Source of the DNA: Eledone cirrhosa
Lineage: Eukaryota
Reading direction: 5' to 3'
Length of the DNA stretch: 64,000 bases
Assembly (NCBI GenBank): GCA_964016885.1
Contig: OZ024742.1
Location: forward strand, 128,898,001-128,962,000
Below the pieces are notes generated by a model. It did not search any database, was not told the DNA's origin, and worked only from the letters and a program-made list of their open reading frames with translations. The position numbers and the translations under genes were made by a program. Position 1 is the stretch's first letter; every line of letters begins with the position of its first letter. Below, in pieces: positions 27,086-40,548 of this stretch.

Positions 27086-27559
27086 TATATATATATATAT
27101 ATATATATATAATATGTTGGTTCCTGAGTTGTGTCAAGGAGTAACCACAGTTAAAATAGGTACTCAATATGTATATGTTGGTAGAATATAGGCATCTTTA
27201 TAATATACTAGACCACCTGTGACCCGTTGGGTCACGCTCACTTCAAAATATCTTTTTAAAAATCATGTTGACTTAAAAATAATTTTGAAATAATTAAAAT
27301 ATATACAGACATGTATATAATGTGAAACGAAACTGGAAGGCCCATATATATAAGTGTGTGTATGTATATATATAAATGTGTGTGTGTGTATATATATGTG
27401 TGTGTGTGTATGTGTGGGAGTCTGTGATCTATATACACTGGTCATAGACACACGCATACATATATATATACACACACACTCACATATATATATTCATATA
27501 CACAACAACACCACCAGCTCTCTCTGGGACGTAAAATGAAATGATGATGATGACGATGA

Positions 27560-27595
<36 letters not shown>

Positions 27596-27651
27596 AGTGT
27601 ATTTATATAATAAACAACACAGTATAATTATTCCATTACCCAAGGTTGCAC

Positions 27652-27705
27652 AAAGTTAGACGTTTCTAACAGAAGCGTCTGATATCATCATCAGAAGGAA
27701 ACTTT
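27652..27705 (-). ncRNA. Possible hammerhead with imperfect stem I
   Basis: Reverse complement: aaagtt-tcctt-CTGATGA-tgatatcagacgcttctgtta-GAAACGTC-t-aacttt. Lies next to direct repeats 27851-28052 / 28501-28714. Confidence 0.5.
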
Positions 27706-28919
27706 ATTTGAATTTAAGACATGAAATTAAAATCTATTATAAATGAAAGTGAGGCTGAAATAAAATAACGGAAAAAAAATATACATGTACACACAGAATC
27801 AGATATACATATATGCGCACATACATAAAATTAGGGATATATATATATATAAATATAAATTCAGTGAGAATCGCATTTCGGCGGGTAGAAAAAGCGAAAC
27901 GTAACGTCATGCTGGCAAGCGCTCCATAGTCTAAAAGACTGGAGCAATAAACATAGGTTATAAAGGCCATACAAACTGAGAAGGCGGTCAAGAAGCTATA
28001 GACCACCTAAGCCAAAAAACAAGTCAAGCTAAACAGGTCAGACAAAATAAATGACATAATTATATACATTGCTAGCATGGAAAATGGACATTAAACGATG
28101 ATGATGATGATATACATATACATATATATATAACAAACCTGGACCCTTGGAATTGATTGTAAAATCCACTACAGGGTTTCTGCGACATCTAAATCAATAT
28201 TACTTTCTGCTTAAAACAATAAGCTTTTGGTATAATGATCAAACAAGGAATATCACATTATCAACAGGTATTTTGTTCTGCGCCAGTATTGTGGATGACA
28301 GAGTGCTCCGTAAAAGCACATGTGTAACTTACAGGGGAAAAACCCCAGATTTGGCAAATAAATTCAGTATGTGTAAATCATGCAAAAAATTGCATAAAGA
28401 GCACACATCGAATAAGCTCTCAACCGGGTAGTTTTAAAAATAAACTTATACAATTAATCTGTCAATAGAATAATTAACAGGTTAATTGTAAGAGTAATAC
28501 AAATATAAATTCAGCGTGAATCGTATTTCGGCGGGTAGAATAAGCGGAAACGTAACGCAAATTCCAAGTCATGCTGGAAAGCGCTCCATAGCCTAAAAGA
28601 CTAGAGCAATAAACATAGGTTATAAAGGCCATACAAACTGAGAAGGCGGTCAATAAACTATAGACCACCTAAGCCAAAAAACAAGTCAAGCTAAACAGGT
28701 CAGACAAAATAAATGGCAAAAAAGCACCCAGCACTCACTGTAAATGAGGTTGGTGTTAGGAAGGGCATCCAGCTGTAGAAATCAAGCCAGAATCAGTTCC
28801 CTTCCCACCCTTGCAAGCAGGGAAAAGCGGACGTAAAATGAAATGAATGAATGAATATATATATAACAAACCTGGACCCTTAGAATTAATGGTAAAATCC
28901 AGTACAGGGTTTCTGCGAC

Positions 28920-28955
<36 letters not shown>

Positions 28956-30066
28956 ATACACATACATGGTGGCTGCCAACTCGCTTTCGAGTACAGCCAC
29001 TACTTTATATCCATGTAGGAGAACCCTTACCGATGCGTTGAACAAGTGTGACTTTTTAGTCCAGCCAGCGACTTGAAAACTCTGGTACAAACGCTACACT
29101 TGTCACAATTATTGACACATAGTGCTGGGCCCATGGTACCATGTGACGACAAGTGTAGAGAGATCTCCAGATATAAAGCAATGCCTGTGCCGTGAAGCTT
29201 TTATAGTGAGCAAAGGCACTGCACAAAGCCAGTCCCACTCTCTTAACCAAGATGATATTTACCAAAAAGAATAACAAGTCAACATCATTGGATACCATCA
29301 GGGTTGCAGGTGTTATATCAGAGTTATCCTTCTCCTAGAATTCTGCCTTGACAAAGGCTAAGGGGTCATCTCTCCCGGTCATTTTGGATGGCCATTGACT
29401 CTTAAGAGCTCCTTTGCCCTTTGACAGGTTTTGTTTTTAGTCCTGCAGGATGTCTAAAGTCACCCTCCTCACCAAGAAACCTTGATGGGGCTGCCAATTT
29501 AGTCGCCAACGACCCGACCATGAGACAGGTTGTACTGAGATACATGATACCAGTAGCACCAACTGGTGACCTGACATATGTATATATATATACACATACA
29601 TACATATATATATATATATACACACACATATAGACATACTTATATGAAGATGTACGTATACACATACATACAAACATTCATATACATAAATATATATGTA
29701 TACATATAGACACATGGACGCATGTGTTTAAAAACCATCATAGGTATACACACACACACATAAAATACAGATGATCACATATATACATATGTACATACAC
29801 AAAAATAAAAACAAATAAAAAATATATATACATGCATATAAATTAAAACATAAAAAGAATATATAGAAATATGAGATGAGAAAAACATTATAAAAAGTGT
29901 TATAAAAAGTAAATAAAAATGTACAAAACCAGACGGTGAAGTAACTACACACACATATAGATACGCGCGTGCATATATAAGTCAGTATCAATAAGTATGT
30001 GGACACACACATATATACACAAAATAAACAGACAGGCATGGGTTAATAAAATAGAATACAAAAACA

Positions 30067-30267
30067 AAGCATGGAACAAACTACCTGCATCAGTTGTTAG
30101 CTGTCGAGACGCTGCATCCTTTAAGGCCTCCATGCTTCCCGAGATCCGCCAACACTACAGCTAACACATACAAACATGTACTTCCCTGGCATTTGTGTAT
30201 TATTCTATGTACTATATTGACGAGTTGTAGTGCACCTGAGCACTTTACACAATAATTTCATTATTAT
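30067..30267 (+). mobile_element. CR1 LINE extreme 3' fragment
   Basis: AWNKLPASVVSCRDAASFK; same 3' UTR as 52280-52560. Confidence 0.8.
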
Positions 30268-30341
30268 TTTTATTTTTATAAAAACATATTCGTGTGTATA
30301 TAAAAAAATAGCGAATATTGAAATATAGAAATATATATATC

Positions 30342-30860
30342 TCATCATCATCATCATAATTTTACGTCCGCTTTTTCCTGCTTGCAAAGGTGGGACGGAA
30401 CTGATTCTGGCTTGATTTCTACAGCTGGATGCCCTTCCTAACACCAACCTCATTTACAGTGAGTGCTGGGGGCTTTTTTTCCGTGGCACCTCTACGACCA
30501 CTTTACAGCGTGGGTTGGGTGCTTTTTTGCCGTGGCACCTCCACGACCACTTTACAGTGGAATGATAGGGAACCCAGTCCTATCATCTCATTTCTACAGC
30601 TGAGTAAACTGGAGCAATGTGAAATAAAGTATCTTGCTCAAGGAAACAACACATCACCTGGTCTGAGAATTGAACTCACAACCTTTCGATTGCAAGGCCA
30701 ATTCTCTAACTACTAAGCCATGTGCCTCCATATATATGTATATATCTTTGTAGGCATGCGTGGGCCTGTATGTGAATATGCACATATTTGTAAGAGTGTA
30801 TATGAGCCAGTGTGTGTGTGTGCGTGTGTACAAGCACCCAATGTAGCGAAAGGGCTTGTT

Positions 30861-30933
<73 letters not shown>

Positions 30934-31088
30934 TTGTGAGTGAGTCTGTATCTGTGCGTGTATATGGTCATGTAGGCAGGCGTCTGTGTATACGTATGTC
31001 TATAGTTTTTTTGTTTTTTTTTGTTATCTGTTCTCCTTAAGTGTGTGTGTATAGTGGGAGTCTATGCAAACGGATGTTGTTATCTATG

Positions 31089-31124
<36 letters not shown>

Positions 31125-31385
31125 TGCGCGGGTGGACGTGTGAACTACCAAACCCAGTAGTAATTCATCGAAGTGTGGCAGAAAGGGACAGCTGATGGTC
31201 AGTCGAATTGACACCTGTTGGTCAGATTTACGATGACGTAGAAAAGCAGCAGCCAATAACAGGACACGCGAAGAGGATGTTTTTGACGCTAACACCCCAG
31301 TGAGAGAAGTTGCTCCGAAATCATTAGATGTGTCCGTCGAACCTGCAGATCCAGAATCAGACAGAACCACACAATGATCGTGTCT
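30342..31385 (-). repeat. Left arm of ~1.05-kb inverted duplication (SINE + microsatellites + unknown repeat)
   Basis: Reverse complement of 38244-39367 at high identity. Confidence 0.92.
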
Positions 31386-32680
31386 CGCTCAAGGAAACAA
31401 TACATCACCCGGTCTGAGAATTGAACTCACAACCTTTTGATTGCAAGGCCAATGCTCTAACCACTAAGCCTCCATATATTTAACGAATGGTATATGTTTG
31501 AAATTGAAAAGTTAGAATGTGTATAGGATGGTTATTTAGAAATGTTTATAACAAGGTTGTTAGATGTAATAATATGAATAGACCCGCCTTACCTAAATAC
31601 ATAGTAAAACCTACAGCCAGTAGGCATCTCTAACAAAATACACCCCCGTCCCACCACCCCCACCCCATCCACACCACACCCTCCTATGTAAAGTTATGTT
31701 GGTGCCACACCATCCAGGCCGAAACAAATGAGATCGTGTAGGTGTCACGACAAAAAAACACACAGTCCACGCTGTAATGTGGCCGTGTAGGCAACACAGT
31801 AAAAACCTCCCAGCCCCACACTGTAAATGTGGTTGGTGTTAAGAAGGGCATCCAACTGTAGAAAACCTGCCAGACAGTCCTATGCGAGCAAGACAATCAC
31901 TCTTGCCTCAAGTGGGACTGCCCCCGTCCAAACCCATGCAAGCGTGGAACACGGACGTTAAACGATGATGATGATGATGATGATGATGTAATAATAGGAA
32001 TATAAAGAATAAATGGAATATGAGAATAATTGATTTGGTTATATATATAGTTTACTTCACGTGAATTAAAAGGTACAATAAAAAAGTTACCATAAGTTGC
32101 AAAGATTGACAATATTACTTTGTTTTTGATGTGTAGGCTGTTGAAGTCTGTTGTTGTTGGTGTTAAAACAGTGAGTTACAGATAATTGTTGTTGTTGTTG
32201 GAATTTGTGATAATAGTTGTTAGACCGTGTTAGTAAGAGAGTATGGTATGTATAGCTCTGAATGGTCTGTAGTAACTGAAATACCGTGAACTGCATACAG
32301 CGCTGAATCTTCCACATTTGTGTTCTGTATAGCAGGGTTCCAATCGCTCTGGGTGTATCTGTAGACTTCATGGGGTCTGTTGAATAGTGGTGAATCTTTA
32401 CATAGCTTGTTCTGTAGTGGGGTGCTCCAATATCTCTGGCTGTAGACCACTGGGGGTCTATTGGTAGCAGTAAATCCTTACATATTATTAGTGTATCCTA
32501 GCGCTTCAATATCTCTGTTTCTGATAGCTTGATACAGGGTCTATATATAGCTGTCACTTCCTGTCCCCCAACCTGAAAGGACAGCCCACGCATGAACTTG
32601 TTAACACAATAAATGTGGTGACCTAAAATTTGATCTCTAGGTATCACCCAAAGTTCAAGGCTACATATATATATATATAC

Positions 32681-32742
<62 letters not shown>

Positions 32743-33354
32743 GAGAAAGAGAATTTGCTTCAAAATCACTAGATGTATCTAAGGAACTTGCGAATCCAGA
32801 GTCAGGTTCGATCCACAAACAGGTCGCACCTCGAGCTGTTCGTCGATGCATCACTGATTTTTCGTTTTCCATTTTATCATACTCTGCTCCGAAGGAGCAT
32901 AGAGTGCTCAACCGGCATACCACCTACGAACGTATCCTAGCAACCATACGACTAACCCATGCTAGCATGGAAGATGGACGTTAAACGAAGATGATGATGA
33001 TGATATATATACACATACGCACATATATATATATACATACATATATATATACATATACATATACACACACACACACACATATATATATATGTATATATAT
33101 ACATATACTTATACACACACACACACATATATATATATATAAATGTAGTCTGAGTTTTTCAAATATTAATTATAATTGTTTCTACTTTTGGCACAAGGCC
33201 AGCAATTATCCAGTGCATTTCTGGTACTATATTTTATCGACCCTGTAAGGATGAAAGGCAAATTCGATTCGTTTGCAATTTTGCAAACAAGCCTCATTTT
33301 TAAAGCCATGTCAGTAGAATGAGTCCCTCATTCTTGCTCTTGTGTTGGCATGTA

Positions 33355-33414
33355 AACAGAACTGCAGACACTAATGTTTCTGGGTATCACCCTTCATCAG
33401 TACAGCTCACTGTT
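33355..33414 (-). ncRNA. Type I hammerhead ribozyme (solo)
   Basis: Reverse complement: aacagt-gagctgta-CTGATGA-agggtgataccca-GAAA-cattagtg-TC-tgcagttc-tgtt. Long stem I, near-palindromic stem III ACATTAGTGT, GUC site. Confidence 0.85.
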
Positions 33415-33857
33415 CACCTGCCAACTATCAGAGCTAGTAGAAATATATGATATTTTTTAAAATATACAGTGACTGATCGGCCTGATTTGCATATTAGCAA
33501 AATTTTTTTTCTTTTATTTGAATATGGCAAAGCCGGCCATTGGTCGCTTGTATAGAGGAAACTGACTGGCCAGTCTGCTGATATGCAAATCTGGCTGTAT
33601 ACATACATGTTTTCAACTTGTACAAACATTATTTGACTCATTTTCCCTAGGGACTTTAGACTGAAGAACTGACCACTATTTAATTTTATATATGTCTTTA
33701 ACCCATTGATATAAAAAATTATTTGGCCAACAGCTCATGGCAGCTTGTGTGTATGTGTAAGTATATATATATATATATATATAAATGTATATATATATAT
33801 ATATATATGGAGGCACATGGCTTATATATATATGGAGGCATGGCTTATATATATATA

Positions 33858-34187
33858 TGGAGGCACATGGCTTAGTGGTTAGAGCATTGGCCTTGCAATC
33901 GAAAGGTTGTGTTCAATTCTCAGACCGGGTGATGTGTTGTTTCCTTGAGCAAGACACTTTATTTCACATTGCTCCAGTTTACTCAGCTGTAGAAATGAGA
34001 TGATAGGACTAGGGTCCCTATCATTCCACTGCAAAGTGGACGTGGAGGTGCCACGGCAAAAAAGCACCCAGCACTCACTGTAAATGAGGTTGGTGTTAGA
34101 AAGGGCATCCAGCTGTAGAAATCAAGCCAGAATCAGTTCCCGTCCCACATTTGCAAGCAGGGAAAAGCGGATGTAAAATGATGATGA

Positions 34188-34190
<3 letters not shown>
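33858..34190 (+). mobile_element. tRNA-head SINE with RTE-like 3' end and (GAT)n tail
   Basis: A-box tggcttagtggttag, B-box gttcaattc, core ccttgagcaagacactt. Sisters at 38928-39367 and 30342-30730. Confidence 0.85.
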
Positions 34191-34243
<53 letters not shown>

Positions 34244-34574
34244 CGTTTCTGAATTTGTTTAGCAAGATTCTTTATCTGAAATCGTGTGTTGAAACCGATA
34301 TTGTTATACTTTGGGAGGGTCATGTTGCCAATAAGAAACACACGCACCAGTTGCTTTCACTTCAATTTATTATAATAAATTTATAAATTTATAAATTTAT
34401 AAATTTCTGGTTGGTTGGTTGGTTCCACAACCAGATAGTTGTTTATATATTGTCATAGTTCTTTCGTCACACACTCTGTGACCTCTTCAGTGACTGGGGA
34501 TTCTTTTCTTCTTTGTTTTTGTGCCTCTCCTTTGTTCTGTCCTACACCATTTTGTTTCTGTGTGTGTGTTGTGA

Positions 34575-34718
34575 GCTCAGTCTGCGCATGCGCCACATCC
34601 GGGTGTCTGTGTGTGTTTATGTTCATTTATTTATTTGTTTATTTATTTATTTAAACAAATAAATAAATGAACATAAACACACACAGACACCCGGATGTGG
34701 CGCATGCGCAGACTGAGC
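34575..34718. repeat. Perfect ~67-bp-arm palindrome
   Basis: 34575-34641 is the reverse complement of 34652-34718. Confidence 0.92.
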
Positions 34719-34937
34719 ACACAACAACTGAACATTATAATAAATGTTCGGTAAACCCATACGTACATATATATGTGTGCATGTATGTATATATATACAT
34801 ACTACTGTACGTCTGTATACATATATGTATGTACGTATACATACTTACATTTATATATATATATATTACGTAACTAATAAGCTCTGTAGCCTACATAGAG
34901 CACTCTTTTTCCTGCACCTTTCCGACGGAAATACTTC

Positions 34938-34991
<54 letters not shown>

Positions 34992-35022
34992 CCATGTATG
35001 TATGCATGCATGAATGAATACA

Positions 35023-35086
35023 GTAAGCCTGATGATGTGACCAGGATCTTACGGAACTTGGTCACTGAAATGCACATAGTGTTTGC
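35023..35086 (+). ncRNA. Type I hammerhead (strong stem II, weak stem I)
   Basis: CTGATGA at 35029, gtgaccag/ttggtcac stem II, GAAA at 35067, TGCACA, TA. Confidence 0.65.
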
Positions 35087-35132
35087 TATAATAGGAATTT
35101 CACCAGTCCAGCCTCCTGTCATTTTACTCAAT

Positions 35133-35165
<33 letters not shown>

Positions 35166-35232
35166 GGCAACATGAATGGACCTGTTAGTTTTCCTATTGC
35201 GCCTTGCCTGTCCCCTCCAATTTCTCATTCTT

Positions 35233-35268
35233 TCTTCTTATGAAGGACTAGTGTCTGAAATGTTAAGA
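35233..35268 (+). ncRNA. Degenerate minimal hammerhead (core CTTATGA, probably inactive)
   Basis: tctt-CTTATGA-a-ggac-tagt-gtct-GAAA-TGTT-aaga; G5 is mutated. Confidence 0.5.
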
Positions 35269-35331
35269 CCCTCTTCCTGCTATTTCTTATATATACTGTA
35301 CTGTTTGTGTTGTTATTTCTGTTTACCTTTT

Positions 35332-35406
<75 letters not shown>

Positions 35407-35503
35407 CATGTATATATACATATACATATACATGTATATATACATAGACATATATATATAAAATACATGTGTATATATATATATATATATAAATGTTTTG
35501 CAG

Positions 35504-35698
35504 TTCTATCGCAGTTTACCAAAAACCCCTGATGTTAGTGAGGCTGATATGAAACTCCTGGCAGAAACATATGCACAGCCTGGTGATCCAGGCTACATAA
35601 ATTTTCATAATCTGGATGGCGACATAAAACATCTCCACTACTTAAGAGAATCATCCAAAGAACTTATTCCTTCTCCAGAAGCGTCAAATTTGAATCTG
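35504..35698 (+). CDS. Host gene exon 4: [65 protein letters not shown]
   Basis: ttttgcag acceptor; gtaaga donor at 35699. 195 nt, phase 0-0. Completes the ESQ|F motif. Confidence 0.85.
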
Positions 35699-36209
35699 GT
35701 AAGATAACATTGATGACCACTTTTTTATATTTTTAATCGACAAAAGTTCTACTTTCTGTTTCCTCCAAACCACATGAAACTGACCCTATTTCTATGATAC
35801 AAAACTTTATTTAAAAGTGTTTATAGTTATTTAAAAACCTCCCATCATAATTTCATATAAGAGCATTTGTTAAGTTATGTTCCGAACACCAACTTAATAA
35901 TGAGAAAGTTAGTTGTATTATTAAATCCCTACAACTTCTTGAATATTTTCAAAATTATTTGAAAATCATAGGCAGTATCTTTCATTAAAAATATGGTAAT
36001 GAAAGTATTAAGGAATATTCATTGAAAGGACAATAATTTATTACAATGTAAACTTGAAAGGGCTAAATGAATAAGGGATACACAATATTTTGAAGACTAG
36101 TTGAAATAGGTATATAAGATATATTAAAAGATTAGTCTCTGCTTTTCTAATCTACTAGAACAATGGCATTTTCTTTTTATTCACATAAACTATGGTTTCA
36201 CCTTGTTAA

Positions 36210-36837
36210 CTCTTTTGATACCAAACCACCTGAAACCAACCCTGTTTCTACAATTCAAATTTGTTTTATTTTAAAGAGTTCATATTTGTCTGAAAGTCTT
36301 CCATAATAATTGTTTCTACTTTTGGCACAAGGCCAGCAATTACCCAGTGTATTACTGATACTCTAATTTATCGACCCCGTAAGGAGGAAAGACAAAGTTA
36401 ACCTCAGTGGGATTTGAACTCAGAATGGCAAGGGCCATAACTCTATGCGTCAAAGCATGGCATCTGACCCTCTACCAATACTGCCAATCCAGTCTTCCAT
36501 AATAATTGTTTCTATTTTTGGCACAAGACCAGCAATTACCCAGTGCATTACTGGTACTTTACTTTATCGACCCCGTAAGGATGAAAGGCAAAGTTAATCT
36601 CGGCGGGATTTGAACTCAGAATGGCGAGGGCCGTAACTCTATGCTAGAAAGCATGGTGTCCGACCTTCCATAATAATGTTATGTAAGAACCTTTTTTTAA
36701 AGTTATGCTCCAAAGCTATTTCTTTTTAAATAATGAGAAAGTTGCATTTACTAAACCCTTTCAAATTCTTGATTATTTGTAAAATTATTTCAAAATCATA
36801 GGTAGCATTTTTCATTAGGAATATGGTAACAAAAGAG
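36210..36837. mobile_element. piggyBac-type MITE containing two tandem SINEs
   Basis: TTAA flanks (36206-36209, 36838-36841) and TIRs CTCTTTTGATACCA / TGGTAACAAAAGAG. Related degenerate copies at ~35745-36010 and ~36848-36980. Confidence 0.75.
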
Positions 36838-37793
36838 TTAAAGAACTTATCTCTTTCCATACCAAACCATCTGGAACCACTCCCATTTCTACCATACAAA
36901 GCTGTTTATTTTAAAATGTTTATAATTTGAAAATTATAGGCAGCATCTTTCATTAGAAATATGGCAAGAAAAAGGGAAAAATGGTTATAGAACTTGTTGT
37001 ATGTTTGTTATTTAAGGAACAGGTGTATGCTCTATTGTGTAGGAATGAATTGGTCTGGTGAACTAGCTCATGGTCCTGAACTCAAATATACTGCAGGTAT
37101 TTCATTTTATTTGTGAGTGTGACATTTAGTGTTTACATGTCTCACTTCACCTAGCTGTAGGGAATAAAAATCAGGTTAATGTTAGGTTAATGGGTTTTCC
37201 AGATGTTCCTCTCTTGTCTTGCCCTTTGGTAAACTATGGCTCAGGAAAAGATTAAGTTTAACATATAGCCCTGTCTATAACCTATTTCAGGGCCTCAATG
37301 GTAGAAATGTATCCTCATACTGGTGACCTGACCCCAAAGCTTGCAAACAGGGTGGACTCCACTAAAGCATGGGATTTCCTCAAGCCCAACCCCTGTTGTT
37401 GCCACTAACTACCATTTCCACCTTCTTTCACTCATTCACTTTTACTACAGCATGGTCAACATTTTAAAAAGTAATTCCTTTTTTAGTTCATTCCCCTCCC
37501 CCCCATCTCTATCTATCTCACACACACACACACTTTTACTATCCCTTTCCCATAAAGATGTGAGATCACCAACCACCACCACCACTACCACCACCATCAC
37601 CACTACCACCACCACTCTCTATCACACACACTCTTATCCTCCCATTCCCACCACCACTCTATCTCTCTCTATCTCTCACACACACTTTTACCATCTTTTT
37701 TCCAGTAATGTGTCAGATGTTTTACACTACAGAAACACCAACTTAAATATAATAGATTATCAAGGATCTTTTTTTTTTTTTTACTTATTTCAG

Positions 37794-38067
37794 CAAGAAG
37801 CAGACACTGGTATTCCACTTGCCAAAATTGTTGAAAATATCAAGGCTGAAGCTTTTAAGAATGGTATTCGAACAACTGACTTTTTTAGAGACTATGATAA
37901 ATTTAACTGTGGAGCAATAACTGAGTCTCAGTTCATTACATGTCTTAAGCTGGGCATAGGAAAAGAAGCACAACTAACCATGGAGGACATCCAAAAAATA
38001 GTTGAAGCTAATAAGACCGTTGATGGCAAAGTACGATACAAGGAGTTTTGTGAAGAAATTGAAAATG
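37794..38067 (+). CDS. Host gene exon 5: QEADTGIPLAKIVENIKAEAFKNGIRTTDFFRDYDKFNCGAITESQFITCLKLGIGKEAQLTMEDIQKIVEANKTVDGKVRYKEFCEEIEN
   Basis: Long T tract plus cag; gtaaat donor at 38068. Paired EF-hand-like motifs (FRDYDKFNCGAITESQF; DGKVRYKEFC). Confidence 0.92.
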
Positions 38068-38133
38068 GTAAATTCTTATCTTCTGTTTCATTTATTTTTT
38101 TTATCACTTTTGTGCTCATGAGTTATTTTGAGA

Positions 38134-38166
<33 letters not shown>

Positions 38167-38243
38167 ATATAAAACGAAAAATCAGTGACGCATCTGAACT
38201 CAATTTATTGTGCGTTACAATTGTTTCGCCGGCAGATAGCTCC

Positions 38244-38512
38244 AGACACGATCATTGTGTGGTTCTGTCTGATTCTGGATCTGCAGGTTCGACGGACACG
38301 TCTAATGATTTCGGAGCAAATTCTCTCACTGGGGTGTTAGCGTCAAAAACATCCTCTTCGCGTGTCCTGTTATTGGCTGCTGCTTTTCTACGTCATCGTA
38401 AATCTGACCAACAGGTGTCAATTCGACTGACCATCAGCTGTCCCTTTCTGCCACACTTCGATGAATTACTACTGGGTTTGGCAGTTCACACGTCCACGCG
38501 CGCACTCACACA

Positions 38513-38555
<43 letters not shown>

Positions 38556-38735
38556 CCATAGATAACAACATCCGTTTGCATAGACTCCCACTATACACAC
38601 ACACTTAAGGAGAACAGATAACAAAAAAAAAAAAAAAACTATAGACATACGTATACACAGACGCCTGCCTACATGACCATATACACGCACAGATACAGAC
38701 TCACTCACAAACACACACACACACACACACACATA

Positions 38736-38789
<54 letters not shown>

Positions 38790-39367
38790 CACACAAACAA
38801 GCCCTTTCGCTACATTGGGTGCTTGTACACACGCACACACACACACACTGGCTCATATACACTCTTACAAATATGTGCATATTCACATACAGGCCCACGC
38901 ATGCCTACAAAGATATATACATATATATGGAGGCACATGGCTTAGTAGTTAGAGAATTGGCCTTGCAATCGAAAGGTTGTGAGTTCAATTCTCAGACCAG
39001 GTGATGTGTTGTTTCCTTGAGCAAGACACTTTATTTCACATTGCTCCAGTTTACTCAGCTGTAGAAATGAGATGATAGGGACCCCAGTCCCTATCATTCC
39101 ACTGCAAATTGGTTGTGGAGGTGCCACTGCAAAAAAGCACCCAGCCCACACTGTAAAGTGGACGTGGAGGCGCCACGGAAAAAAGCACCCAGCCCACACT
39201 GTAAAGTGGACGTGGAGGCGCCACAGAAAAAAGCACCTAGCACTCACTGTAAATGAGGTTGGTGTTAGGAAGGGCATCCAGCTGTAGAAATCAAGCCAGA
39301 ATCAGTTCCCGTCCCACCTTTGCAAGCAGGAAAAGCGGACGTAAAATGAAATGATGATGATGATGAT
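38244..39367 (+). repeat. Right arm of inverted duplication
   Basis: Reverse complement of 30342-31385 with one extra ~45-bp UTR repeat unit. Confidence 0.92.
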
Positions 39368-39374
39368 ATATATA

Positions 39375-40263
39375 CAGGGTGCGGACGATATTTGTTCGCA
39401 AGATTACTGTCTAGGAAAAAATAACACAGTAGTATTATTTTTTAAGATTTATTTATCAAACTTGGGTCAGTTTGTCTTTATGACTTGTTCTTTCGATCTC
39501 ACTCGATAAACCCGCCATTGGCTTTGATGACGGCCTCAAGGCGGCCTCGGAACCGGCTACAGGCCTTCGTCACTGTCCCCCGACTAAGGCCCCTAAAGGC
39601 ACTTGTGATCCTGGCCTTCAGATCGTCTTTCGTATTGCAGCTAGATCTGTTGGTGTCTCGTTCTCCTGCGCCTCACACAAAGAAGTCGAGGGGGTTGCAG
39701 TCAGGCGAGCTGGGAGGCCAGATGTCAGGTGAAGTGTGGTCGACGAAGTTCTCTGACAGCCAGGCTTGGGTCTTTCGGCTGGTATGGCAGGGCACTGAGT
39801 CTTGCTGCCACATGTACGGCCTACCTGCAGCTACGTGGTCGATCCAGGGCTTTACTACCTCGCTCAGAACGTGGATGTAGCCATCGGTGTTCAGCTTAAG
39901 GCCCTCAGGGAAGAAGTGAGGTGGCATGACGTCACCTTGACTGCTGATGACACCTAAGACCAATGTTGTCGCTGGAAACTTTGTCTGCATGACTCTGGGC
40001 ACGTCTTTGGATGAGACACTATTCTCCTGCTGCCGCTGAGAAAGTCTGAAATTTCCTTATTAGTCCTCCCGGCTCGGATTTCAAGAAGAACTCCTTGTCT
40101 CTTCCACAAATTTAGAGGTTCAAAATTATTCATAAACAATTATTCTGAAAATAAATAATGGAAATATACTCACTGTTTTTATGAAGACAAGAGTGACAAC
40201 GAAAGTAAAAATTTGCATAAAATTAGCAGTTGAAAATTGCGAACAAATATCGTCCTCACCCTG
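39375..40263 (-). mobile_element. Internally deleted Tc1/mariner transposon, DD37D (maT) family
   Basis: 27-bp TIRs CAGGGTG[C/A]GGACGATATTTGTTCGCAA with TA flanks. WQQD...WPPSSPDCNPLD has 37 residues between the last two Asp. Confidence 0.93.
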
Positions 40264-40503
40264 TATATACACAAATAGGATATATACACAAAGTCATATC
40301 AAGGTACACAATGGGTCATACATGAATTGATGCATCTTGTTATAAGCATGCACATATATAAACAATATATGGACGATCAATATATTGCACGATCGATGCA
40401 ATGATCGAACCTGACTCTGAAATTGCAAGATCCTCAGATACATCTCGCTTCTTCGAAGCAGATTTTCCAAAATTATATACATATATATGTATGTATACAT
40501 ATA

Positions 40504-40545
<42 letters not shown>

Positions 40546-40548
<3 letters not shown>

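Noticed and set aside
33858-33930. tRNA gene
   Set aside because: A/B boxes continue into a SINE core and tail, with multiple diverged copies; this is a SINE head.
37341-38561. 406-aa ORF
   Set aside because: Only 37794-38067 is coding (splice sites). The rest is low-complexity intron and repeat read-through.
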